A stretch of DNA of 64,000 bases from Kondoa subrosea (Eukaryota). The stretch spans positions 548,925 to 612,924 of the forward strand of contig BCIN01000004.1 in the NCBI GenBank assembly GCA_039545335.1, in the 5' to 3' direction. Positions 37,055 through 48,103 of this stretch are shown here, piece by piece. Each line of letters opens with the position of its first letter. The first letter of the stretch is position 1. Under the pieces are notes generated by a model. The model had not been told where the DNA came from and ran no database searches. It saw only the letters and a program-made list of their open reading frames with translations. The position numbers and the translations under genes were made by a program.

Positions 37055-37861
37055 TCATTTGTTGACTGTTTGTAGAGCAGAGGCTAGTGACTCGGGCGTA
37101 GGATATGTGCAACTTGCAGCAGCTTGGATACTGTGCATCTTCATCAAATAGCCTTCCGTAGTTGGACCGATTACAGCGAATTTGATATTTGCTTGGTCCA
37201 GGGAAACCTGAAGTGTATCGGCCTTGAATTCTTCACCTAAGATACTTTGTACCAGAGGTAGTGTATAGTGTGCGCCTGAAGGACTGAAAAAGACGAGCCA
37301 GAGCGTATCATGCTTGCGAGCCTGCAGTTTTTGTTCCAAGACTGCAGCGAAATCTGGCGCCATGGAAGTTTCGTAGACCAGCACTTCGTCGAATGGAACA
37401 CGACCATCTGAGAGGATTTGAGAGAGAATGTCGCGCCGCTTGTCTCCAACCAGATAGAGCAGTCGTCCTGAACCCTTGCACGACCTTTCTACAATATACC
37501 TGCCCAATTCTTCAGCTCGACCGCTCTCCTCTGCTCCCAATATGAGGTCTTCTGCTGGTACAGAAGCAGAATTCAGATCCAGCAGCGCTTGTTTCGTTGC
37601 TGGTCCAACCACATAGAACGGTAATTGAGACCATCTAGGATTGCTGCAAGCTAAGACAGCCTGCTTCCATGCTTCCACAGCTCTTTGACTTGTGAAAATC
37701 ACGCCGCTGTAAGTTTCGTCCTTTGCTATGATTTCTCGCAACTTGTTCTCATTGCACAAACGATGACCGAGGACCGGTAGGTATTCTGCTTGAAAGCCAG
37801 CTTCCTCGAGTACTTCCTTATACTTGTCGCTAGTCTCGCTCTTCAATAGCAGAACGGACAT
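37055..37861 (-). CDS. HEM4: Uroporphyrinogen-III synthase
   Basis: MSVLLLKS...DKY, GVIFTSQRAVEA, YVVGPAT, LLYLVGDKRRD, VYET, VFFSPSG, VIGPTT and PTPESL. Confidence 0.93.
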   Translation of the reverse strand: MSVLLLKSETSDKYKEVLEEAGFQAEYLPVLGHRLCNENKLREIIAKDETYSGVIFTSQRAVEAWKQAVLACSNPRWSQLPFYVVGPATKQALLDLNSASVPAEDLILGAEESGRAEELGRYIVERSCKGSGRLLYLVGDKRRDILSQILSDGRVPFDEVLVYETSMAPDFAAVLEQKLQARKHDTLWLVFFSPSGAHYTLPLVQSILGEEFKADTLQVSLDQANIKFAVIGPTTEGYLMKMHSIQAAASCTYPTPESLASALQTVNK

Positions 37862-37931
37862 GTAATGGTACAAGGAAAACCGGTGAGTAACAAACATAGT
37901 CGGGAATACACAGAATGCTAGGCGTATCAAG

Positions 37932-38270
37932 CTATTTCGGCAGCAGTAATTGTCCATATGGCTTCTCCTCTGTACCTTGCCTCGATCTGGATCTAGATCT
38001 TGACCTCGATCTACCTCTTTCTTTTCTCCGCTTCGATCGCTCTTGTGCAGCTTGAATGAGTCCTTTGTTGCCTTGCTCTAAGTTGTGCAGATCTTCCTCG
38101 GGTGGGATCAGATTTATAGGTAGAGCGGCATAACAAGACAGGGCTTCCAGATCTGATACGATTCTTTTGGGTCTGACGAAGAAGAGTGCAAGGGAGCGAA
38201 AGGTGAGACCGAATTGCAGCAAGAACCAGAAGATGATGACCAGGGAGACTATATATACATAGTGAGGCAT
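37932..38270 (-). CDS. Small hypothetical protein with N-terminal hydrophobic segment and RS repeat
   Basis: MPHYVYIVSLVIIFWFLLQFGL...RGRSRSRSRSRSRQ. Intronless ORF ending 70 nt before the HEM4 ATG. Confidence 0.45.
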   Translation of the reverse strand: MPHYVYIVSLVIIFWFLLQFGLTFRSLALFFVRPKRIVSDLEALSCYAALPINLIPPEEDLHNLEQGNKGLIQAAQERSKRRKERGRSRSRSRSRSRQGTEEKPYGQLLLPK

Positions 38271-39403
38271 GCTTGAGTAGCAACAAACACGGAAACTCAC
38301 AGGTTTCCATTAACCATAAATCTTCCGCTAGCAGCAGTGAAGAATACAAAGATTTTCTTCTCTTTTGCGTTGATGTATCATTCTGCTTCAGTGCTACTGT
38401 AAACAGTGTACACAGTCAGTGTATTGTTGATTCCTCAGGAAAGCAAAAGAACAGACAGTATAATTTGACTTGCTCTCGCAAGAAGAGTTGCTGAATGTCA
38501 TTCACCACAAAGGTGATAGTTTCTGATCGCATTAGTCGGTAGTAGCAGAAGAAGAAGCTGGAAAACATGCACTCGAGGAAAACAATAAGATAAGATTTGG
38601 ATTTGCAGTAGAACCGAATTCCTCAAAACTCGAGTAAACATGGGCGAGCATTGCATTGGCCCACTAAGGACACGTTGAGTAGACAAGGAGGTGGACCCAA
38701 TGAGAATAGTGAGCATTTTGCAGCAAACGCGCAAATTGGTAGCTTGCTTGAATTCGAAGCATCGCGTCATGTTAGAAGAGGGACAATACTTTTGACAAAT
38801 CTTTCAATAGGAGAATAACAGCAGCCTTTAAACCACACTGATAAGGATATCGATGAAAGGAGATTGGCATAATAAAGCGTCTAGCAGGAGAGGCAAAATG
38901 CGAGGAAACTCGTTAAAGGCAAGGGCACAATGGGACCGCTAGCCATGCAGGGAAACAGAAAAAAGGCCGCCACGACAGTTACATAAGGACTTGAAGATCA
39001 GCTTGCTAATAGCTATATCTTGCTGACTTGCTGAGTCGGAAGTTCAAGGCTGCCTGCCTGGCTTTGACGAGCTGCGACGTGGAAAGCTTGCATTCGAGAA
39101 GTTCCTGCTTTTTGCTCACTGCCGCATTGCTTCTCTTGCGAGCATTTACAACTGAGGTCGTCGACGAAGGATGATATCATGATAATCAAGTAACGAAAAT
39201 TCAAATCTTTTGCACAGAGAGCAGATCAGCTCTCTGCGCCATCCTGCTCTTTCTTCATGATACATCTCCCTCTCCTGTCAGCCTGCAACAGTACATGAAA
39301 AATTACGCGACACCTTCTTTTCTTTGAATGTCTCGGATCTGAATCTGTTGTCCTTCTCAAGGTTCTTCTTGTTGCTACTTGTCCCAGTCCAACAGATTGT
39401 CAG

Positions 39404-40643
39404 ATGTCGAATGTTACTTGGCAGGAGAACAACTCTGGACTACGTTACAGTCAAGGGTGGACGACATTGAATCAAACGTATTTCAGCAATGGAGCGAAGG
39501 CCATCACCGATATCGTTGGGGCCGAAGGTGAAGTTGCTGTCGACCGAATAACCTGCTCGCACTCATCTTATCTCCTAGTGTCGTTTGATTTCACGTTCAG
39601 CGCTTTCAACTTGTGGGCTGACAAGGTTCTTTCGATCTCTGAAGATATCTGCATTAGCTTACGACCTAGCAGTACAACAATCATGTCAGTCTACGCGCTG
39701 GTCTACTTCTGTTTGATTGCTCAGATCCTAAATGCAGGGCAGCTTTCGGGTAAACGGTACGACGCAGATCTTCCAGCAAGCTTTAAGCTGAATGCTATCT
39801 TTTGAAAGTCGATGGGCAAGATCTAGGATCATACAGCGCTTGGTCGAGTATCCCTCCGCGTGAGGTTTTACCGTTGCATTTCTGCTGTAGCTCAAAAGGG
39901 TACTATAGCTATTGCGCCAGGACAATACTACAGTAGCCAAATCACCTATTCCTCTCAACTGTTGGCGCACCAGCATCACATTGTTACGCTGACGAACCTC
40001 GGTAATATGACTACCCAAGAGGGAACACGTTTGTGCGCTACATCCTCATTCTGTTTCCAATATGCTTTAAAACTGAAATCGAAACTCTGACAGTGTTATC
40101 GATTACATTGAATTTCAAGTCAAGGCTTCTTCTTCTTCTTCTTCCTCTAGCTCTGCTACTTTGCATTCTTCCACTTCTTCAAGAAGCACGTCTGCCGCGT
40201 CTTTGGATGCAAAGACATCCCTCACACCTATTATCGCCGGATCTGTGGCCGGTGCAGTCGCTTTGATTCTGCTAGGGATACTGCTGCTGCTTCTTTGCAA
40301 ACGAAAGAAGAGAAGACAAGGCCTGCAAAGAAGACTATCACTCAGCGGACACAGCATTCTTGAAGAATCTCCTAAATTTACATCTGCACCAAGCTATTAC
40401 CTTCTACCGATATCTACAAATTCACCTCAAGCAGCACACATAGACCCGAACACTTCTGCTCAACATCATTCTTCTTCAGACAACTCTACACCCTTATCTC
40501 AGTCTAGTGCTGGCGCTAGCTCGCTTGCCCAAAACCATGTTGTAGAAAATCCGTTGATCGCAAGTCGACAAGAAGAAGAAATCACGGAAGAGTTGCCTGC
40601 CTATGTATTTCCAGGCGTAACGCCCAAGGGTGTGGTGCATTAG
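39404..40643 (+). CDS. Single-pass membrane protein with basidiomycete-type beta-rich ectodomain and Ser-rich stalk
   Basis: LRYSQGW...VSFDFTF...HIVTLTN...IDYIEF, a poly-Ser stalk, TM IIAGSVAGAVALILLGILLLLL then CKRKKRR, and LPAY near the C-terminus. Confidence 0.65.
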
Positions 40644-40853
40644 CGGAACGACAGCTGGTCTGTTGAAAAATTGGGTTCGAGGGATGATAACGCGGTTTCG
40701 GATGATGCATAGCGATGTATTTCTTCCGGGCGCTAGACTGTAGCATGTACGCAAATTAGAAGATTGAGCGCGTATCTGCTGAATCTGTATCGCTGCCTTT
40801 CGTGTGATTGCTTTATCGCCTGTCTTTGGAAACTACCACATACTACCGACGTG

Positions 40854-42476
40854 ATGCCTCGTATTGGTCCTGTATATCCGGAAGCTGGTGTATCTGCGAT
40901 CGCTGATGCTATTCGAGAAAGAAGAGGACCAGGAGGATTACAAAAGCTGGATGGAGCCTTGCTCAATGCACCAGAAATTGCTGTAAGACGCCGAAAATAT
41001 AGCAGGTGGTGTTTGATTATCGTAAACGACAGCTGGGCTGGAACACTTTGCTTGGAGCTGTAAGGACAAAGAACTCATTGCCTGGTGAACTTCGAGAATT
41101 GCTTGTAAGCGTCATTGAATAAGCATCTTGTGTTAGGCTAAGGCTGTTAGCACTTCAGATCCTACGAGTGGCTGCACTCAATTCAGCGGCCTACGAATGG
41201 TTCGATCATGAGCATCTTGGTCGGCAAGAAGGATTGACTACACAACAGCTTGCCCTGATCCGCGATCCAACGCGTCCAGCACCATCACCTTCTAACTCCT
41301 CACCTTTCTCTTCTCTACAAGCAGCAGCTCTGGCTTACGCTGATTACATGACATGCAATGTACATGTTCCGCAAAATGTCTTTGATTCGCTGCAAGAGCA
41401 ATTAACAGCTGCACGACAAGAAGGCATCACTGTTGAACAACAGATTGCAGAAGTAACCTTGACAATTGGCGCTTACAACAGTTTGTCTTTCACATAGTGG
41501 ATGCTCCGCCTGTCTGATTTCCCTTGGAAAGTGGTGTCCCGTTTCTTGGTTGCTACCGATGTTGCGGATTCACTGTCTTGGGAAATGCCATACCCTTCTT
41601 CGAAAACAACAGAGCACAGAGTCACAGTCAATGGTTGCGAACTCTATGTCCGCCTGCACAAGAATGCAGATTCTCTGCCTTACCTCGTTTTCGTCAATTC
41701 TCTCATGACCAATCTTACTATGTGGGATATCACTGTTGCAAGACTATCGCCAAAGTACAATATTATCACTTACGATCAACGAGGTCATGGTAAAGTGAGT
41801 GCTTCATACTGGTCAGGTGGTCTCATTTTAACATCGGTTATAGTCTTCGGTCCCAAATGAAGCTTGTACAGTGAATCAATTAGCAGATGATATCGCTTCA
41901 ATACTCGAATCCCTTAATATCCCTACTCCAATCCACGCAGTGATAGGCGTTTCGCAAGGAGGTGCAACGGCATTGAGTTTCGCTGTCAGACATCCAGAAC
42001 TCGTCAATCGAATAGTAGCTTGCGATACTCAAGCTTCATGTCCACCAGCAAATGTTACAGCATGGGATGAGCGAATAGCACTTGCGCGAAAAGAAGGAAT
42101 GGAAGTTTTAGCTGAAGCTACAGTTCGAAGATGGTTCCCCGTTGGTTCTAGCTATATCGAAGGAAACAAAGATCATGTTGTCAGGCAAATGATTCAATCA
42201 ACTCAAGTAGAGGGATTCGTCGCTGGAGCAAGAGCTTTACAGAACTATGACTATTCTCGATCTCTAGCTCAATCTTTGAAAGGAAAGAAAGCACTCTTTA
42301 TGGCTGGTCAGCTTGATGGAAAATTACCTCAAGTTCTGCAATCACTAAGTGAAGAAGTGAACAAGACAGAAGAGGTTCATTCAGAATTCTTTGCTGTTCC
42401 TGGTAGCGGCCATCTACCTATGTTGGATGGTGTTCGAGCATTCTTGGCCAAGCTGGAAGTCTTTCTACAAGCGTAA
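40854..42476 (+). CDS. Fusion of carboxymuconolactone decarboxylase (CMD/AhpD-like) and 3-oxoadipate enol-lactonase-like alpha/beta hydrolase
   Basis: GWNTLLGAVR, RELL|ILRVAALNSAAYEW and TIGAYN|MVSRFLVA run on within the same exon into VFVNSLMTNLTMWD, YDQRGHG, GVSQGG, WDERIALAR and GSGHLP. Confidence 0.87.
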
Positions 42477-42870
42477 GGGCAGAGTATGTATCAGAAGGCT
42501 CGGGATTGGATGTGACTAGCTTAACAAGGTATAATTAGGGATACCACGGATGCTGAAACAGGTATAGGGTACTATCCCTTGAACACTCATTTTCCATCAC
42601 GTAATATTATGTAAGACTTTCCGCCTTTCGAAGATTCGAAAGTCTTTTTCATCCCTTCTTGGCCTTACCCTATGCCAGCCATGAGCTTCAACATGACATA
42701 CTCTATCGCCTGGTCGCGGCAGAGCGCGCCCGCCCGCATATATCTTCAACAACCCCACTTCAGCACCTGCTCAACTTTCAAGCGGGAATGTCGAATATTA
42801 TCCCTTGCAATTTTCTTAGGCCTTGCGAGCTACTCTTGACCTTGTTGTGTACTGTATACATCTTTTCAAC

Positions 42871-45641
42871 ATGTCTTCAATCATTAACAAGCTCGCCTCC
42901 GTTCTTCCTTCATCTGCCGCAACGGAAGTTGCTTTGCCTGAACAAGTCGATGTAGTCATCATTGGTGCTGGACCTGCTGGCTGCATGGGATCTCTGGTAA
43001 GTCTCCAAAGTCACTGACTAGCAATAAGGCTGAATCTGGCACAGTGCTTGAACACATACGGTCTGAATGTACTGCATGTCGATGAACGATCAGAACCGAC
43101 CACAGCAGGCAGAGCTGACGGTCTTCGTAAGTTCCTTTCGAGAGATTCGAATGCCGCAAGCTGACGCACTTTCAGAGCCTCGTACAATTGAAGTTCTGCG
43201 CAACATTGGTGGAGCTGCACCTCACACTGCCAAAGCTGATATTGAATCCAATCGCGCACCATTCCATGGAGGCGGTCTAGCAAAGCGCATGATAGCAGAT
43301 GGTGTGCGAGTCTATGAAGTGGCATTCTGGGATCCCACAGAAACTCAACAACTTGCAAGAACATCTCGCGCTGCTTCGTGTCCTGAAAACGCTGTCGATG
43401 TTGTCGACAACTATACTCTTCTTCTTCATCAAGGTCTGATCGAAAACGCTTACTTTGCTGAAATCCAAAACGTGAGTTCCATCATGTCCATACAGATTCG
43501 ATACTGATTATTCGGTAGCGTCGCGATATTCTACAAGCTCAGAACAAGTCGATCTCACCGGCACCGGAAGGAGGTGTCTTCCGCAACACTTCTTTCGTCA
43601 GCTGCAGAACCCTCGAAGCAAGTGAAGATTCGTTAGCTGCTACTCATCCAGTCGAGACCGTTCTTCTCAACTCAGTGACCAAGACTCAGCACACAGTAAG
43701 ATCCAAATACCTCATCGGTAACGATGGAGCTCGTTCTTCAGTCAGAAAATGCATTTCTGGCGGTGGTGATGGTGATGGAGAATGGAAAGGAGCTATTCGT
43801 ATGGAAGGAGAAAGCACTGATATTGTTTGGGGTGTAATGGACGCGAATGTCACAACCGATTTCCGTACGTGTTCCATTCATAACACCGTATCAAACTGAT
43901 TGCTATTGTTGTACAGCTGATATCAAGTTCAAATGTCTCATTCACAGTCGAGACTCTGGATCCATCATGATCATTCCTCGAGAAGTATGTGCTGTCTGTT
44001 ATTGATATACATGGTTGCTGACTGCTTACCAGAGCAACCTGGTCCGCTTCTATGTCCAGCTTCAGCAAGAAGGCAACGACCCTGTAGGCGGCAAGGCTGT
44101 GCACGTCGGTGAGTGAATACTACGTTCAGCAATTAGCAGTCGCTGAGCTGTATTTCCAGAACGATCTAAAGCTACTCAAGATGTTTGCATTGCTCGAGCC
44201 AAGAAAATCTTCGAACCATTCAAGCTGGAGTTCGGCTACATTGATTGGTTCTCTGTATATCAGATTGGTCAGCGTGTCGCTAGCTCTTATACTTTGGACC
44301 ACCGAGTCTTCCTCGCCGGTGATGCTACGTAAGCTATTGCTTTCTCATCAGCTCCGCTGTCCTGATAGAGAATCCAGACACACTCACTCTCCTAAGGCTG
44401 GTCAAGGCATGAACATCTCTATGCTCGACATGCACAACCTTTGCTGGAAGATTAACTTGATTGAGAAGGGTTTGGGAGACGCTTCAGTGCTTCTGCCAAC
44501 CTACCAGCTGGAGAGAAGAGACATCGCCCAACAGCTCATTGCATTCGATGCTGAGTACAGTCGCATCTTCAGTGGTCGCAGTCCGGACGCAACTCAACTT
44601 ACCGATGATCCTATTTTGGCTGGCAAGAAGAAGGGTGCAGCGGTAGATGCACAAAAGTTTATTGAAGTATGTGATCTTATTCTTCTAATTTCACCTGTCT
44701 CATCGCTTTTCAGGTGTTCAAGAAGAATGCTCGATTCACAAGCGGTGTAGGAGCGGTCTACGCTAAGCAAAGTCCTCTCAACGGCATCGAACAGTCCAAG
44801 GCAGTCAAAGGTCTCAAGCTCACTATAGGCGAGCGCCTGACACCTGGTAAGCTGACAAGAGCAATGGACGCGAATGTAGTTCGGTTGCAGCAGGAGTGAG
44901 CCTTGACCATCTACATCTACATGTGCAACCCATCTGATTGTTTTGCTGCAGAGTCCGAATGAATGGAGCCTTCCGTATTCAGTGAGTGACCAAGCATGCC
45001 TCACAAAGCCCTTCTGACCTCCTAGATAGTGTCTTCGCCGGCGAACTTTCCAAAACAGCTGGTCAGCTTGAAGCATTCGGAAAGCATCTCGATTCGCCTA
45101 CTTCCTTCATGAACAAGTACAGACCAGCAGCCAATGTTTCTTCTTCAATTGTCGATGGCTTCTATGTCGCTTCGAACCATCTCGAAGATGCAACGAAGAA
45201 ACCATACACCTACAACCCTTTCTTCACTTTCTTGACCATTATTGCGACCAAGTGAGTAACTCTTCTTGGCATCTGTGGTCTGGACTGATTGGTTGCCAGC
45301 TATTATGATTGGGAAATGGATCAACTACCAAGTCCTTTCCACCACTACCGCAGTCAAATATACGGAGACAATCAATTTGATAAGAGAGTGATGGAAGCTG
45401 GAACGAACGCACCATTACACAAGTAAGCTAGCCTTTACTATGCTTGTTGCTGTTACTTATATAGCTATTCTTCAGAAAATACGGCATCGATACAGATGTT
45501 GGCGCTATCGTTGTTGTTCGACCTGATGGCTACGTCGGTTTGGCTGTGGAAATGAACTCTTCAGGCATTCAAACGCTCGAACAATACTTTGCTGGTTTCT
45601 TGAAGACTCCCGAAATTGCAGCAGGGAACTCAAAGTTGTGA
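42871..45641 (+). CDS. FAD-dependent phenol 2-monooxygenase / hydroxybenzoate hydroxylase family enzyme, C-terminal SKL
   Basis: [54 protein letters not shown], and VVRPDGYVG...GNSKL*. Confidence 0.92.
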
Positions 45642-46321
45642 TTTAATGTGTATGAGTGTTAGTAGTGGGTTTGTTGCGTTGTATGAGATGTTGTCATGTT
45701 TTTGCATTATGATATTATCTGTAAATCTTCCTTGTGCGTTTCGCTGCATTCTGCGTTTGATGATAGCATGTAACTGGAGTGCAAGCAATGCCACGCAATA
45801 AAAGATCTTGTGCCAGCTGACTGCTATTACCAAAAAACAAGTCTCTTTTCGGTCGGCCTCGACACACTCTGAGGCTGAGTCATGACGTTACGCGATGCTT
45901 TCCGCAATAAACAGAACGGTGGATCGGTAGCAGATGAGGAGAGATGAGGCGGTTCTCTCTTTTGCTTCACTATACGCAACAGGGGATCTTGGAAGAACAT
46001 GAGAACCGCATTCGAGAGGAAGAGGTAATGGTATTTGATACCGAATTGGCGGATGAAACCGACTTGATGTACCGTGAGATATAGACACGGGACAATACAG
46101 ACGTTGTAGGTCGAGTCAGATTTCGATAATCTAGCAGGACTTCGAATCATCGATTGTCAATGCAAGTTCACGAAGGACAGAATTACAAAGCGTCAAGGAA
46201 TAGAAGAATATAGACACAGGTGACAAAGTAGAGAACAGCTGAGTTAGTATGCCAAGATTGAAGATTGCTGTAATCCCCCCGACAGAACAGCCTTGCCTCA
46301 AACAGCGACCCTTGTAGCAGA

Positions 46322-47816
46322 ATGGCGAGCGAAAAAGCGGTCAAGAAGGTTTACCGCACATTTGGCACGCAGAATAGTACTGAATGGTTTGAGGACAGGA
46401 AGTGAACAAGTCCGCTTCATTGTTGGCTGGAGCATTCGCCGGCGCAATAGAAGGCTTCGCGACCGTCAGTAAACTCTCACAATACCCTGTACCTGTCATG
46501 ACATGAGCTGCAGTATCCAGCAGAATTCGTCAAGACTGAATCTCAGTTTGGTCGTCAGAAGCACTTGGGACCAATAGGTATTGTGAGGGAGACAGTCAAA
46601 GCGCGAGGAATCACTGGATTGTACTCTGGATGCGGTGCACTTGTAGCAGGCAACGCCTTGAAAGCTGGAGTAAGGTTCTTCAGTTATGATAAGTTCAAGG
46701 GTATGCTCGTGAATCAGGAAGGGAAGATGACTGGACCTAGAAGCTTAATAGCTGGATTAGGAGCGGGTATGATGGAGTAAGTTTCTGTGGCACAGATCAC
46801 TGCGTCATGCTAATCTATAGACAGAGCAATCTTTGCAGTCACTCCGTCGGAAACGATCAAGTGCCTTTATCTACACGCCTATTCTGCTCTCTACTTATCA
46901 TATGAACAGGACTAAACTGATAGACGACTCAAAACGGCCAGAACCTAGATTCAAAGGTCTCATACATGGTACAACAATGATTCTGAAGGAAGAAGGCATT
47001 GGAGGTGTATATCGAGGGCTATTTCCAGTAGTAAGTGACTCTCTTCCATCTTAAGACCCTGTTTGACAGCTCTGCCAGATAATGAGGCAAAGTGCTAATT
47101 CAGCAGTGCGATTTTCGACATATAGTAGTTTGAAGGTAACGCTCTAGCGTATTCAACTATACCATGTAGCTAAATGGCTACATAGTCACTGGTACAAGGG
47201 AATGGTCGACCAGGCGATCCATTACCCGCTGGAATGACTTTCTTGATTGGAGGAATAGCAGGAACAGTGACAGTGTATACAACAATGCCTGTGAGGACCG
47301 ATTTCCTCTCGCTTTGAGCTTGCTGATATTTGCAATAGCTCGAGTAGGAGATTTTGATTTCTCGTTGCTAATTCTGACACTTGATTGCAGCGTCATCAAG
47401 ACGAGAATGCAATCGCTGGAAGCGAGAAAGAATTACAAGCATTCTTTCCACTGTGCATCGCGGATATTCAAGGAAGAAGGAATAACTAGGTACATTGCCG
47501 TTGCCTTCTGCGATGACCGGTCTGTGCTGAATGTGTCGCACAGATTCTGGGCTGGAGCGACGCCGAGATTAGGTTTGTCTCAAATATTCGATGATTCAGC
47601 GCGTCTCACAAATCATCGCAAACAGTGCGATTGGTTCTGTCAGGAGGCATCGTCTTCAGTGTCGTGAGTTGCTTTGACGAGTATTTCTGAAGTACCATAA
47701 GCTGACGTGATTTGTGTTTATCAGTATGAGCAAGTTGTTTACATTCCTCAATCGCACAAACTAACAAAGATACGAACAGAAAAGCCATCGTGCTGTTGGG
47801 AGGCAAGCCCGTGTAA
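46322..47816 (+). CDS. CTP1: Mitochondrial citrate/tricarboxylate carrier
   Basis: AGAFAGAIEGFAT|YPAEFVKT, GNALKAGVRF, VTPSETIK|TKLIDD, RQSANSAVRF, TMP|LD|VIKTRMQ and FWAGATPRL. Confidence 0.92.
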
Positions 47817-48103
47817 TGAAAATTTGCCTTACATCATTCAGTTTGTTCGAAGCCTTGATCTAATTCGACGACCCCTATTTCGTTACTTTCTATGCTTGGC
47901 TCGCTTTTTGTGGACAACGCCGACTCTCTCTGACGTATACCCAGACTTGCCGCGCTTGACCGATCTCTTGCCATAGTCAGACCATAGAACAGCAAACGCC
48001 GACACTTTGTTATTTTCAATCGAATTCTACTCAAGGCTCCTGTGTGTCGCGCGTGCGAGAGCTGTGTCGCTATCAGACTCCCGCGACATCTGCAATACTA
48101 AAG

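Noticed and set aside
37862..37957. N-terminal extension of HEM4 shown in the ORF track
   Set aside because: Family similarity starts at MSVLLLK (37861), and the extension overlaps the upstream ORF.
39212..39239. Hairpin gcacagagagc-agatca-gctctctgcgc
   Set aside because: Short isolated stem with no RNA-family features; expected by chance.
42613..42645. Inverted repeat aagactttc...gaaagtctt upstream of the monooxygenase
   Set aside because: Could be a regulatory site, but I found no second copy or recognisable motif.
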